Below are positions 1 through 10,568 of a stretch of 64,000 nt of DNA, piece by piece (position 1 is the first letter of the stretch; every line of letters starts with the position of its first letter). Origin of the DNA: Neotamlana nanhaiensis (GTDB taxonomy: Bacteria; Bacteroidota; Bacteroidia; Flavobacteriales; Flavobacteriaceae); contig NZ_JTDV01000002.1 of assembly GCF_000943555.1 (NCBI RefSeq), forward strand, positions 296,831-360,830. Reading direction: 5' to 3'. A model generated the notes under the pieces. The model was not told the origin of the DNA. It saw nothing but the letters and a program-made list of their open reading frames with translations, and did not search any database. The position numbers were made by a program, and so were the translations under genes.

Positions 1-125
1 TCTGTAGGGATATTTGATTTCTCCTGTATGCAATCCAAATATGGTATCTACCTCCTCAAAGTTTTCTTGCTGACATACAAAGTGTTCAAACTTGTCTTTA
101 TCTCTGTAAAACAACCTAATAAAAT

Positions 126-476
126 CTACCATAACCCATTAGAATTAAAGTTAATGGAAGACTGTTCTAATTGCTTTATAATTTCAGAGTCAGGAGCAAC
201 CCTACTAGTCTCAATCCAAGTATCTACTTCTACTCTTTTAAAGTAAATCTTCTTTCCACCAGGATTATAAAATGGGATTTCTTTATTACTTGTTATTTTG
301 TATACAGCAGATTTTGATAGCCCTAAATAATCAGCTATTTCATCTACTGTCATAAACTCTTTTAAAGGCTTTAATAGTTCAGCCCATTCTTGTCTAATTT
401 GTTGTATCTGCTCATTAGTAAATACATTGTTTTGTGTCATTTCCATTATCTGAATGATTAAGGAATGTGCGCACAT
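126..476 (-). CDS. Helix-turn-helix (excisionase/AlpA-like) DNA-binding protein. The true start is probably internal (MEMTQNN or MTVDEIADYLGL).
   Basis: The motif MTVDEIADYLGLSKSAVYKITSNKEIPFY..KIYFKRVEVDTWI matches HTH_17/excisionase-like proteins of integrative elements. It lies on the 3' side of tRNA-Ala. Confidence 0.5.
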   Translation of the reverse strand: MCAHSLIIQIMEMTQNNVFTNEQIQQIRQEWAELLKPLKEFMTVDEIADYLGLSKSAVYKITSNKEIPFYNPGGKKIYFKRVEVDTWIETSRVAPDSEIIKQLEQSSINFNSNGLW

Positions 477-577
477 TCAGATTATTAATAACACAAAGAA
501 ATAGTATTAAAAATCCTTGTTAACAATAATGTTAGCAAGGTATTAGGTAAAGTGATAGATAAAGTATTAGACCAGAT

Positions 578-1465
578 TTAAGAATCTAACATTCTGGTGA
601 TGTGGTAAGTTATTCTTTCCAATTTAGGAGAAGTTTTTTTTCTTAATCTTTTATTGGCATTATCCAAATCAGCCTGATTTAAGACTTTCATATTTTTATT
701 GATAAAAGATTTGCTTTTATCAATTTGAGCAACTGAAAGGTTATTAAATAAAGGTTGAATGCAATTAATGAAATGTGCTGCTAGTTCGTTGTTACATTTA
801 AAAATAATAGCTTCATCAGAAGCTGTTGGGTTACCTGTGAGTACATTGATAAAAGTTTCTTCTGAGACTATTTCATCATCTATTATTTCTAAATCAACAG
901 AACTATCATAAAGACTTTCTACTAAAACACTTTTAATAGATGGTTTAATGTCAAAAAAAGAAAATTTAGTAGGAAAATCTGAACTACGTTTTTTGTAAGA
1001 TTCTCTTAAAGAATACCTGTCTACTAAATAGGATATTATGGATTCTAGAGCACTTTCAATAAACTTCAGTTTAGGGTATACAAATTTAGATTTCTCAGCC
1101 AGTATATTTAAATGCTTCAATTGAGTTATAAGAAATTGGTTAGCATTGTTCCCATTCTTATTGATTTCAAGGACTATATCATCAATCTTTTTTTTAGCTA
1201 ACTTAGATTCTTTATCAATGATTTTTGGGAAACTTTCTTTGAAACTATATGTACCTAAATCCATCTTTTTATCATCTATTGAATTGAAGTTATCAAATTG
1301 CCAATATTCTATAATTCCTTTGTCATAATCAATAGACTTGAAATAACCACCTACATAATCTTTAAAATCATTTAAAGCTTTATCTCTTTGAGTTTTTAAA
1401 GTATCTGACTCAATTAATTTAATAAAATAGTATAATGGATTATCTTTAGTTTCAGGCATATCCAA
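578..1465 (-). CDS. Hypothetical protein, 295 aa, no recognisable domain.
   Basis: Long ORF in compact gene spacing next to a tRNA and an Xis-like gene; it may be accessory cargo. Confidence 0.4.
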   Translation of the reverse strand: MDMPETKDNPLYYFIKLIESDTLKTQRDKALNDFKDYVGGYFKSIDYDKGIIEYWQFDNFNSIDDKKMDLGTYSFKESFPKIIDKESKLAKKKIDDIVLEINKNGNNANQFLITQLKHLNILAEKSKFVYPKLKFIESALESIISYLVDRYSLRESYKKRSSDFPTKFSFFDIKPSIKSVLVESLYDSSVDLEIIDDEIVSEETFINVLTGNPTASDEAIIFKCNNELAAHFINCIQPLFNNLSVAQIDKSKSFINKNMKVLNQADLDNANKRLRKKTSPKLERITYHITRMLDS

Positions 1466-1569
1466 AAATATATAAATTTTAAATATCCAAGAAGTAAAAT
1501 GTTTGACCTATGTTTGACCCAACAAAAAATAAAAAAGCCTCACATCTCTGCAAGGCTTGTTATTGCTAG

Positions 1570-1643
1570 TGGAGAAGACGGGATTCGAACCCGTGACCTC
1601 TTGACTGCCAGTCAAGCACTCTAGCCAACTGAGCTACATCCCC
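1570..1643 (-). tRNA. tRNA-Ala (anticodon GGC).
   Basis: Reverse complement folds as a 74-nt cloverleaf with anticodon loop CTGGCAG, T-loop GGTTCGAATCC, and a G3:U70 acceptor pair. One U:U mismatch sits in the acceptor stem. Confidence 0.8.
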
Positions 1644-1723
1644 ATATTTAAGTTATTTTTCTCTTATTCAAATTGAACAACAAGAAAATTAAAATAACTT
1701 TGCCGTAAATGTAAACATTTTTA

Positions 1724-2224
1724 ATGATTAGAAAAGCAAAAGTTTCAGATATTGATAGGCTATTAGAAATTACCAAAGCCTGCGCCGCTAGCATGATTGC
1801 GCAAAATATTTTTCAGTGGAACGAGTTCTATCCCAACAAAACACCCTTTTTAAACGATTTTAATCGTGACGAACTTTATGTGTTAGAAGTTGATAATAAC
1901 GTTATGGGCTGCATTACCATTTCCACGTTTATGGATGAAGAATACATCCCTATAAAATGGCTTACTAAAAGCGAAAACAATATTTATATTCATCGTTTGG
2001 CGGTTCATCCAGAGCTTCAAGGTAAAGGCTATGCGCAACAATTAATGACATTTGCTGAGAATTACGCTAAAACCAATCAGTTTACTTCCGTGCGTTTAGA
2101 TACCTTTTCGCAAAATCCAAGAAATGTAAAATTTTATGAAACTCGCGGTTATAAGCGCTTGGGTGATATCTTTTTTCCTAAACAAAGTGAATTCCCGTTT
2201 CACTGTTACGAACTTGTATTTTGA
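1724..2224 (+). CDS. GNAT family N-acetyltransferase.
   Basis: Acetyl-CoA binding motif HRLAVHPELQGKGYAQQLM. Confidence 0.8.
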   Translation: MIRKAKVSDIDRLLEITKACAASMIAQNIFQWNEFYPNKTPFLNDFNRDELYVLEVDNNVMGCITISTFMDEEYIPIKWLTKSENNIYIHRLAVHPELQGKGYAQQLMTFAENYAKTNQFTSVRLDTFSQNPRNVKFYETRGYKRLGDIFFPKQSEFPFHCYELVF

Positions 2225-3555
2225 GCGCAGATATAAGTTTTAAACATATCAACAAATTAGCCATTCCCGCTTTAATTGCCGGTGTTTCCGAGCCCATTTT
2301 ATCACTCACCGATGCCGCTGTGGTTGGCAACATCTCACAAAATGCCACCGAATCGTTGGCAGCAGTGGGTATTGTAACCACCTTTTTATCGATGCTTATT
2401 TGGGTATTAGGGCAAACACGTAGCGCCATTTCATCCATTGTGTCGCAATATGTAGGTGCGAACAAGTTAGACGAAATCACCAACTTACCAGCACAAGCTA
2501 TTTTTATAATAACATCATTAAGCTTGCTTATTATTTTCGGCACTTATCCGTTTGCACGACCTATTTTTAAACTATATAACGCGAGTCATTTAATTTTAGA
2601 TTACTGCGTAGATTATTACCGCATTCGTGTTTTTGGTTTCCCGTTTACGTTATTCACCATAGCCGTTTTTGGCGCATTTAGAGGTTTACAAAACACCTTT
2701 TACCCCATGATAATAGCTTTAATTGGCGCTGCTTTAAATATTGTTTTAGACTTTATTTTGGTTTACGGCATCACCGACATATTACCGGCAATGAACATAA
2801 AAGGTGCCGCGTACGCCAGCGTCATTGCCCAAATTATTATGGCTTTATTGTCGGCATTTTATTTACTTAAAAAAACACCGATTCCTTTAAAGTTGAGTTT
2901 TCCGTTTAATAAAGAAATTAAAAAATTCATTTTAATGATTTTAAATCTCTTTGTGCGCACGCTGGCATTAAACGTCACCCTATATTTTGCGAGTTCGTAT
3001 GCCACCAGTTACGGTGCAAATTATATTGCGGCTTATACCATTGCTATAAACTTATGGTTTTTGGGCGCTTTTATAATTGATGGTTACGCCAGTGCAGGAA
3101 ATATTTTATCGGGAAAACTTTACGGTGCAAAACAGTACAATTTACTCATTCAATTAAGCAACAAACTGATAAAATATGGCGTGGTTTTAGGCATTTCTAC
3201 AGCCCTTATTGGCACTATTTTTTATTATCCTATCGGAAGAATTTTTACCAACGAAACCGAAGTTTTAGAAGCCTTTTATTCCATTTTCTTTGTTGTGTTA
3301 CTCATGCAACCCTTGTGTGCTCTCGCCTTTATTTTCGATGGTATGTTTAAAGGCTTAGGCAAAATGAAATACCTTAGAAACGTCCTCCTATTTTCAACCT
3401 TCGTAGTATTTGTACCGTTACTGCTAGCATTAGATTATTTTGGGTATAAACTCAATGCTATTTTTATCGCTTTAACCATTTGGATTATCGCTCGCGGCCT
3501 ACCGTTAATAGTTAAATTCAGGCAACTATTTTTACCGCTTGCTAAAAACCACTAA
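2221..3555 (+). CDS. MATE family efflux transporter.
   Basis: 12-TM hydrophobic profile and MATE-like N-terminus (INKLAIPALIAGVSEPILSLTD). Its start overlaps the stop of the upstream gene (ATGA). Confidence 0.8.
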   Translation: MSADISFKHINKLAIPALIAGVSEPILSLTDAAVVGNISQNATESLAAVGIVTTFLSMLIWVLGQTRSAISSIVSQYVGANKLDEITNLPAQAIFIITSLSLLIIFGTYPFARPIFKLYNASHLILDYCVDYYRIRVFGFPFTLFTIAVFGAFRGLQNTFYPMIIALIGAALNIVLDFILVYGITDILPAMNIKGAAYASVIAQIIMALLSAFYLLKKTPIPLKLSFPFNKEIKKFILMILNLFVRTLALNVTLYFASSYATSYGANYIAAYTIAINLWFLGAFIIDGYASAGNILSGKLYGAKQYNLLIQLSNKLIKYGVVLGISTALIGTIFYYPIGRIFTNETEVLEAFYSIFFVVLLMQPLCALAFIFDGMFKGLGKMKYLRNVLLFSTFVVFVPLLLALDYFGYKLNAIFIALTIWIIARGLPLIVKFRQLFLPLAKNH

Positions 3556-4219
3556 ATTTACGTTACCACTAAACGTTGTATTTATGGATTATCTACAAGC
3601 CTCGTATTACCTCGATTTTAATCATAAAAACATTAAAAAAATCACATCAAAATTTAATGATGGTGGTTTATCCGATAAAGAAAAAGCCATTAAACTATAC
3701 ACCTTTGTTCGCGATAATTGGTTGTACAATCCCTATGATATTACCTTGTTAAAAGATCATTACAAAGCGAGCTTTATTGCCGAAAAACCATCGGGTAATT
3801 GCATAGAAAAATCGGTACTGCTTGTGGCTTGCTTACGCGGATTACATATTCCAGCGCGTTTGCATCTTGGTAAAGTAAAAAATCATATTGCCGTAGATAA
3901 ACTCACCGAAAAATTTGGAAGTAACGAGCTCACACCGCACGGCATGGTAAATGTATATTTAAACGACAAATGGCTAAAACTATCGCCTGCTTTTAACAAA
4001 TCGCTTTGCAAAAAATTTAACGTACCGCCTTTAGATTTTGATGGTGAAAACCACTCTTTTCTGCAACAATACAACAGCAAAGGCAATTTGTTTATGGAAT
4101 ATTTAGACGATTACGGACATTTCGCTGATGTGCCCCTCGATTTTATGAAAGCAAACATAAAAGAACATTACCCACATATTTTTGACACCGATGAATCTAT
4201 AACAGAATTTAATCTGTAA
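3539..4219 (+). CDS. Transglutaminase-like cysteine protease domain protein.
   Basis: GNCIEKSVLLVACLRGLHIPARL resembles the transglutaminase-like core Cys motif. Confidence 0.5.
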   Translation: MLKTTKFTLPLNVVFMDYLQASYYLDFNHKNIKKITSKFNDGGLSDKEKAIKLYTFVRDNWLYNPYDITLLKDHYKASFIAEKPSGNCIEKSVLLVACLRGLHIPARLHLGKVKNHIAVDKLTEKFGSNELTPHGMVNVYLNDKWLKLSPAFNKSLCKKFNVPPLDFDGENHSFLQQYNSKGNLFMEYLDDYGHFADVPLDFMKANIKEHYPHIFDTDESITEFNL

Positions 4220-4367
4220 ATTAGCCGTTTAAAATCACAAATTAACACCTCAAAAAAACACCAAACCTATGGATATCATGTCTTTTTTAAGCGGTAGTGG
4301 CTTATTCTTACTTCTAGCCTTAATTTTAATTGTAGTTTACATTGTAAATCGCGTTCGTAAGCGCTAA

Positions 4368-5003
4368 CTATCGCGTTTTTAACCAACCGGTAATACTAAA
4401 ACGTTGCGTATTTACGGGCTTAACCTCGTGTTCTATAATTTGACTTTCAAAAATAACAACACGACCAGGAAACGGATAAATAACTTTTTCCTCATTTTTT
4501 AGGTAAAGCACCAATTCGCCACCATTTTCAGGCAACCAACCATCTTCGTTTAAGTAACAAACAAACGATAATTTTCTACGGTCATCATTTTGAAACGTAT
4601 CAATATGGCGTTTATAAAACGTGCCTTTCGGGTAAATAGCGTAATGGAACTCTTTAAACAATACACCTAAAAAACAAGTGCGGTTTAAATAGCCAACAAG
4701 ATCATTAATTTTAGTAAAAAACAAGCTTTCGGCAGCATTAGCTCTCAGCTCATCAATCCAAAAAATTAAATCGCCACGAATCGATTTTATAATGTTTTCG
4801 TTGGTTCGGTTTCCAATGGCAGCTTTTTTAAAATCGTCATCAGCTTTTCGTTTTAAAAGCGAATCTCTAAGTAATTCAACTTCCTTGTCCGAGAAAAAAT
4901 TCTCAACAATACTGTATTGTTGTTGCGCTAAATCATCAATAATTTTTTCATAAAGCGCGTTTTCAACAAAATCAATGGCCTCAAACAAATGGCTCATAAG
5001 CAA
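4368..5003 (-). CDS. 2OG-Fe(II) oxygenase family protein (prolyl hydroxylase/PhyH-like).
   Basis: An HxD...H arrangement: YKRHIDTF ... IIEHEVKPV. Confidence 0.6.
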   Translation of the reverse strand: MLMSHLFEAIDFVENALYEKIIDDLAQQQYSIVENFFSDKEVELLRDSLLKRKADDDFKKAAIGNRTNENIIKSIRGDLIFWIDELRANAAESLFFTKINDLVGYLNRTCFLGVLFKEFHYAIYPKGTFYKRHIDTFQNDDRRKLSFVCYLNEDGWLPENGGELVLYLKNEEKVIYPFPGRVVIFESQIIEHEVKPVNTQRFSITGWLKTR

Positions 5004-5113
5004 ATAGAAATAAAAATCTATCCACCGCGGATAAAAGTGCGCAAATGTAATCTAAAAATCAATTCGTAAAACAAAATGAATATCTTTGTAGCAAAATTTT
5101 TTCAGCAGCAATT

Positions 5114-5569
5114 ATGAGCAACCATATTCGCATTACAAAACAGTTTTCTTTCGAGACAGGACACGCCCTTTACGGCTACGACGGCAAGTGTAAAAACGTA
5201 CACGGCCACAGTTATAAACTCTCGGTAACGGTTATTGGCACGCCAATTTCCGATGTTAATAATGTAAAATATGGCATGGTAATCGATTTTGGCGACCTAA
5301 AAAAAATTGTAAAAGAAGAAATTGTTGACGTGTTCGATCATGCCACCGTTTTTAACAAAAACACCCCACACGTCGAGCTCGCCAAAGAGTTAAAAGATCG
5401 TGGACACAACGTGCTGTTGGTAGATTACCAACCCACCAGCGAAATGATGGTTATCGATTTTGCCAAAAAAATAAAAAAGCGCTTACCCAAACACATCAAC
5501 TTACACTCGCTAAAGCTACAAGAAACCGACACCTCGTATGCCGAATGGTTTGCTTACGATAATATTTAG
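5114..5569 (+). CDS. queD: 6-carboxy-5,6,7,8-tetrahydropterin synthase (QueD / PTPS family).
   Basis: FETGHALYGYDGKCKNVHGHSYKL carries the CxxxHGH zinc motif. Confidence 0.8.
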   Translation: MSNHIRITKQFSFETGHALYGYDGKCKNVHGHSYKLSVTVIGTPISDVNNVKYGMVIDFGDLKKIVKEEIVDVFDHATVFNKNTPHVELAKELKDRGHNVLLVDYQPTSEMMVIDFAKKIKKRLPKHINLHSLKLQETDTSYAEWFAYDNI

Positions 5570-5774
5570 GGCGTTACCACAAGGGTCGGGCTTTCGCTAC
5601 TCGCTTCGTGCTTTGGGCACGAGAGCTCAAACATGCCGCTCAATCCCTAACGCAAACCTATTTGGTAGTTAAGTGTTTAAAATTTAATTACCGCTTATTT
5701 GCACCTGTACAAGCAAAAACCGAATCCGTAAAAAAAGAGAAAACTGCCTTAGCAGGAATTATTATATTTACAAC

Positions 5775-6530
5775 ATGCAAATTCCAGAAGGAAAAAAAAT
5801 ATATTTCGCTTCCGATAATCACTTAGGCGCACCAACAAAAGAAGCCTCTCGCCCGCGCGAAAAAAAGTTTGTAGCTTGGTTAGACGAGATTAAGCACGAT
5901 GCAGCAGCCATTTTTCTGGTTGGCGATTTATTCGATTTTTGGTTCGAGTATAAAACAGTTGTGCCAAAAGGCTTTACCCGAACCTTAGGTAAATTAGCCG
6001 AAATATCAGATTCCGGAATTCCTATTTATTACTTTGTTGGCAACCACGATTTATGGATGAATGGGTATTTTGAGGAAGAACTCAATATTCCTGTGTACCA
6101 CAAACCACAAGAATTCACCTTCAATAACACCTCTTTTTTTATTGGTCATGGTGATGGTTTAGGTCCTGGCGACAAAGGCTATAAACGCATGAAAAAGGTA
6201 TTCACGAACAAATTTTGTAAATGGCTGTTCCGTTGGTTGCATCCCGATATTGGCGTAAAACTAGCACAATACCTTTCGGTTGAAAATAAAATGATTTCGG
6301 GCGACGAGGATGCTAAATTTTTAGGCGAAGACAACGAATGGCTGGTACACTATTGCAAGCGTAAAGAAAGCCAAAAACATCGCGATTATTACGTGTTTGG
6401 TCATCGTCATTTGCCATTAGAAATTCCTATTGAAACCAACGCAAAATACATTAACCTCGGCGATTGGATTATTTATTTCACCTATGGTGTTTTTGATGGA
6501 AATTCGTTTGAGTTAAAAACCTATGAGTAG
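5775..6530 (+). CDS. lpxH: UDP-2,3-diacylglucosamine diphosphatase-like metallophosphoesterase (LpxH family).
   Basis: Calcineurin-like motifs DNHLG, GDLFDFW, GNHD, and GHGDGLGPGD. Confidence 0.7.
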   Translation: MQIPEGKKIYFASDNHLGAPTKEASRPREKKFVAWLDEIKHDAAAIFLVGDLFDFWFEYKTVVPKGFTRTLGKLAEISDSGIPIYYFVGNHDLWMNGYFEEELNIPVYHKPQEFTFNNTSFFIGHGDGLGPGDKGYKRMKKVFTNKFCKWLFRWLHPDIGVKLAQYLSVENKMISGDEDAKFLGEDNEWLVHYCKRKESQKHRDYYVFGHRHLPLEIPIETNAKYINLGDWIIYFTYGVFDGNSFELKTYE

Positions 6531-6575
6531 TTAAGACCTATCAGGTTTTAAAAACCTAACAGGTCTGTATAAAAC

Positions 6576-7844
6576 TTAATCGTCTTTATCATGCGCCTCG
6601 TAATCTTCAGTTAAATCTAACTCACGAAGTACTTTGTTTTTATAGCCCAAACCAACAACAGTAAGCAATGTCATGGTACCACCAAAAACCACAGCTTTTG
6701 CGGGACCTAATAATTTAGCAGCCAAACCACTCTCGAAAGCGCCTAACTCGTTTGAAGAACCTACAAACATCGAGTTAACCGACGATACACGACCACGCAT
6801 TTCATCAGGCGTTTTTAATTGTAAAATAGTTTGCCTAATCACCATCGAAATACCATCGGCAGCACCACTTAAAAACAAGGCCACAACGCTTACCCAAAAT
6901 ACAGATGATAGCCCGAAGGCTATAATACACAATCCAAAAATAAAGATGGAAACTAACAGCTTTTTACCTGCATTTTTAGAAATTGGCAAATAGGTTGTTA
7001 AAAACATACTGGCAATACTTCCTAAAGAAATAGAAGCATTAAGTACCCCAAAACCTTGCGAGCCTACCTTTAAGATATCTTGTGCAAAAACCGATAATAA
7101 AGCTACGGTGCCTCCAAAAAGTACCGCAATCATATCTAAAGTTAAAGCACCTAAAATGGCTTTATTTGTAAACACAAATTTTACACCAACAGCTAAACTA
7201 TCTTTTACCGATTCACCTCGTTTAGGGTTTAAAATAGGTTTCTTTTTAATTCTAAATGTAAAAATTAAGGATAAAACCACAAGCACAAAAATGATGCACA
7301 GAGTTTTATCCACACCAATCCAATGAATAAAAAACCCACCAAAAAGCGCCCCTAAAACATTAGCAGCTTTCCATGTGCTAGTGCTCCATGTGGCTGCGTT
7401 TGGATATACCTTTTTAGGAACAATTAAGGCAATTAGTGAGAATATAGTTGGTCCAAAAAACGAACGTAAAAACCCACCAAAAAATACCAAAGTGTAAATG
7501 CCATACAAAATCGTTTTTGTAGACCAGTTGGCAACTACGGCATCCCAAGTCAGGCAAAATAAACCTAAGCTAATAAATGAAAATAAGGCAATGCAAAGTG
7601 CGAGTAAATTTCGTTTTTCGCTTTGGTCTACAATATGTCCTGCAAACAGTGCCATGGTAAAAGCAGGAATAATTTCCATTAAACCAATAATACCAAGTGC
7701 TAATGGGTCTTTGGTAAGGCTGTACACTTCCCATTCTATAACAATAAATTGCATAGACCAACCAAAAATTAAAAGAAAACGCATTAACAAGAAAATATTA
7801 AATTCCTTGTATTTTAAAGCGGCGTAAGGGTCGTTTTTTGCCAT
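6576..7844 (-). CDS. MFS transporter.
   Basis: About 12 TM segments with an MFS-like N-terminus. Confidence 0.75.
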   Translation of the reverse strand: MAKNDPYAALKYKEFNIFLLMRFLLIFGWSMQFIVIEWEVYSLTKDPLALGIIGLMEIIPAFTMALFAGHIVDQSEKRNLLALCIALFSFISLGLFCLTWDAVVANWSTKTILYGIYTLVFFGGFLRSFFGPTIFSLIALIVPKKVYPNAATWSTSTWKAANVLGALFGGFFIHWIGVDKTLCIIFVLVVLSLIFTFRIKKKPILNPKRGESVKDSLAVGVKFVFTNKAILGALTLDMIAVLFGGTVALLSVFAQDILKVGSQGFGVLNASISLGSIASMFLTTYLPISKNAGKKLLVSIFIFGLCIIAFGLSSVFWVSVVALFLSGAADGISMVIRQTILQLKTPDEMRGRVSSVNSMFVGSSNELGAFESGLAAKLLGPAKAVVFGGTMTLLTVVGLGYKNKVLRELDLTEDYEAHDKDD

Positions 7845-7898
7845 AGCTAAAAAACAACTAAAGTATAAAATAGCACCCTAATGGATATTTTAAAAAAG

Positions 7899-8258
7899 TT
7901 AATTTTTACACAAATCTTCAACGTAATCGTCGAGTTCTAGTTGAAATAAAGTGCCTTTTATTAAGTCTTCTACAGCATGTAATTCGCTTCTGTTTAATGC
8001 AACATCAATTTGTTTGCAAGGGGTTTTTAGAAGAATATTTCTGGAATCGCAATCTAAATCGCATTGATTACAAGGTAAATTCCATTTTGCAGCATTTACG
8101 CAGTTAAAAAAATCCTTCACTTCGTTATGGGTAAAATAAAACCCCATATCTCTAAAAATAATTTGAATTTTCTCTTGTACTTGGTTGGTAATTGGGTCTT
8201 TCCATTTAAAGGCAATGCCAAAACCATTGTGGTAAACTTTATAAATATCCTGCTGCAT
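7899..8258 (-). CDS. Hypothetical Cys-rich protein.
   Basis: ORF with a CNQCDLDCD cysteine cluster and no recognised family. Confidence 0.4.
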   Translation of the reverse strand: MQQDIYKVYHNGFGIAFKWKDPITNQVQEKIQIIFRDMGFYFTHNEVKDFFNCVNAAKWNLPCNQCDLDCDSRNILLKTPCKQIDVALNRSELHAVEDLIKGTLFQLELDDYVEDLCKN

Positions 8259-8315
8259 AATACTTGTTTATACAACAAATATAATAATTATTTAGAATAA
8301 ATCTAAATAGAGTGA

Positions 8316-10007
8316 TTATTTCACATCTCGAAGCTTTAATTGCAAGCTCGTTTGTCCTTGCCAGTGGTTTTCATCAATGGTGTACACCGCTTGAAATGGT
8401 GTTTTGTTGGCAACTACGTTAAGCTTATCACCTAAACCAAAACCAATACACACAAACTGATTGAGAGATTTGCGCTGTTTTACCGTGAGTCTTAAATGCG
8501 TTTTATCTTCGCCAACGCATTTTGCAAAACCTGTATCGGTTAAATTATCGCTCATAAAAACGGGTGTCATATTACTTGGTCCAAAAGGCGCAAACTGTTT
8601 TAAAATGCGGTAGAATTTGGGCGTAATATCTTCCAAATCGATTTTAAGATCGACTTTAATTTCCGGCGTTAATAATTTGGTATCTATGGTTTTTGAAACG
8701 ACATCTTCAAAGGCTTGTTTAAACGCTTCATAATTAGCTTCGTGCAACGTTAATCCTGCAGCGTATTTGTGTCCGCCAAATTGTTCGATGTGTTCGCTGC
8801 ACGCTTCCAAGGCATTGTAAACATCAAAACCAGAAACAGAGCGTGCCGATGCTGCCAGTTTATCACCGCTTTTAGTGAATACCAGTGTTGGGCGATAATA
8901 GGTTTCGGTTAATCTAGACGCCACAATACCTATAACCCCTTTGTGCCAACTTTCGTTAAAAACAACGGTTGTGAAACGTTCTTGCTCCTTTAAGGTTTCA
9001 ATTTGTTGTAAGGCTTCTTCTGTAATTTGTTTGTCGGTTTCCCGTCGATCTAAATTGAAAGTTTCAATCTCGGCTGCGTTTTTTTCCGCTTCAGCGACAT
9101 CCATTTCAGTTAATAGCGAAACAGCATAATCACCATGTTTCATTCGGCCAGCGGCATTAATTCTAGGAGCGACGATGAACACCACATCTGTAATGGTTAA
9201 TTGCTCTTTTTTAACCTGAGAAATGATGGCTTTTATACCTGGTCTTGGGTTTGTATTGATAACTTCTAAACCATGATACGCCAGCACTCTGTTTTCGCCA
9301 TCAATAGGAACAATATCGGCACCAATGGCAGTGGCCACCAAATCTAAATACGGTAATAAATCGGTAATTGTTTTGCCTTCTTTGGAGGCTAATGCTTGGA
9401 TTAATTTAAAACCAACGCCGCAACCACAAAGTTCTTTGTACGGATAATTACAATCAGCTTGTTTCGCATCTAAAACAGCTGCTGCGTCTGGAATGTCGTT
9501 TCCTGGGCGGTGATGATCGCAAATTATAAAATCGATGCCTTTTTGTTTGGCATAACTAATTTTATCGATGGCTTTGATGCCACAATCGAGCGCTACAATG
9601 AGTGTAAAATCGTTATCGTGGGCAAAATCGATGCCTTGAATGGAAACGCCATAACCTTCGGTGTAACGATCGGGAATGTAAGTCGCCACATTAGGCGTTC
9701 GCGTCTTTAAATACGACGCCATTAGTGCCACCGATGTTGTGCCATCGACATCGTAATCGCCATAAACCAAAATATTTTCGTTATTTGCTAAAGCCTGCTC
9801 TATACGATTTACGGCTTTATCCATGTCTTTCATTAAAAACGGATCGTGTAAATCGTCAAGACTTGGGCGAAAAAACCGCTTCGCTTCGTCGTAGGTAGTA
9901 ATACCACGCTGCACTAGTAATGTTGCCGTGGTTTCATCTACATGTAATGCTTTTTGTAAAGCTTCAACGGTATGTGTTTCGGGTTTGGGTTTTAGCGTCC
10001 AACGCAT
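8316..10007 (-). CDS. recJ: Single-stranded-DNA-specific exonuclease RecJ.
   Basis: DHH and DHHA1 motifs (GDYDVDGTTS, CDHHRP). Confidence 0.9.
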   Translation of the reverse strand: MRWTLKPKPETHTVEALQKALHVDETTATLLVQRGITTYDEAKRFFRPSLDDLHDPFLMKDMDKAVNRIEQALANNENILVYGDYDVDGTTSVALMASYLKTRTPNVATYIPDRYTEGYGVSIQGIDFAHDNDFTLIVALDCGIKAIDKISYAKQKGIDFIICDHHRPGNDIPDAAAVLDAKQADCNYPYKELCGCGVGFKLIQALASKEGKTITDLLPYLDLVATAIGADIVPIDGENRVLAYHGLEVINTNPRPGIKAIISQVKKEQLTITDVVFIVAPRINAAGRMKHGDYAVSLLTEMDVAEAEKNAAEIETFNLDRRETDKQITEEALQQIETLKEQERFTTVVFNESWHKGVIGIVASRLTETYYRPTLVFTKSGDKLAASARSVSGFDVYNALEACSEHIEQFGGHKYAAGLTLHEANYEAFKQAFEDVVSKTIDTKLLTPEIKVDLKIDLEDITPKFYRILKQFAPFGPSNMTPVFMSDNLTDTGFAKCVGEDKTHLRLTVKQRKSLNQFVCIGFGLGDKLNVVANKTPFQAVYTIDENHWQGQTSLQLKLRDVK

Positions 10008-10096
10008 TTTAAGGTCTGAAGTTTTTAAGTTTTACTTCTTGATACAAATTAGCTTCGTTGTTTTCTTCAAAATTACTCGAAGTGCCAACTAACAAA

Positions 10097-10546
10097 TTAA
10101 TTATTATGAAAATGCGTTTGAATATCTAATTCGGCAAACTGACGAAACATTTCCATAACACCGCAGTATTTTTCAACCGATAAATCGACTGCTTTTTTTA
10201 GTTTCTTTTCATTTAAATTAGCGCCTGTAAAATGAAAATGCATGCCAACTTTATCGTAGTATTTTGGGTGTTCTTCGGTTAGGTTTGCTTCAATTTCAAT
10301 TTTAAAATCTTCAACTTCAAGCTTCATTTTTTTAATTAAAGAAGCCACATCTAATCCCGAACAGCCTGCTAAACCAGAAAGCATTAGTGCTTTTGGACGG
10401 TAGCCTTCACTTTTACCGCCATTTTCTTCGCCAGCATCTATAAATAAATTGTGTCCTGATGGGTTGGTGCTTTCAAATTTCATATCGCCCAACCAGGTTG
10501 TTGTTATCTTGTTTGTCATGTTTTGTAGAATTTCAATAAATATCAA
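10097..10546 (-). CDS. OsmC/Ohr family peroxiredoxin-like protein.
   Basis: OsmC-like pattern (LAGCSGLDVASLIKKM) at the typical size. Confidence 0.7.
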   Translation of the reverse strand: MIFIEILQNMTNKITTTWLGDMKFESTNPSGHNLFIDAGEENGGKSEGYRPKALMLSGLAGCSGLDVASLIKKMKLEVEDFKIEIEANLTEEHPKYYDKVGMHFHFTGANLNEKKLKKAVDLSVEKYCGVMEMFRQFAELDIQTHFHNN

Positions 10547-10568
10547 AAATACTACATATAAACCGAAT

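Noticed and set aside
28-246. 72-aa ORF at the window start.
   Set aside because: It overlaps the HTH gene on the opposite strand and has hydrophobic low-complexity content.
2178-2543. 121-aa ORF on the minus strand inside the MATE transporter gene. Similar antisense ORFs lie at 6673-6993, 7108-7326, 7498-7827, 8941-9129, 13577-14108, 16685-16921, 17768-18169, 18771-19049, 21192-21722, 23592-23909, 24117-24492, 32164-32544, 37179-37842, 39310-39627 and 61539-61887.
   Set aside because: Each lies entirely within or antisense to a well-supported conserved gene and has low-complexity composition. These are typical shadow ORFs.
5572-5640. GC-rich post-stop element GGGCGT(T/A)ACCAC after queD and after the SPFH gene (32566-32590).
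   Set aside because: There are only two copies with limited similarity beyond 11 nt. They are probably terminator-like hairpins and there is not enough evidence for a distinct feature.
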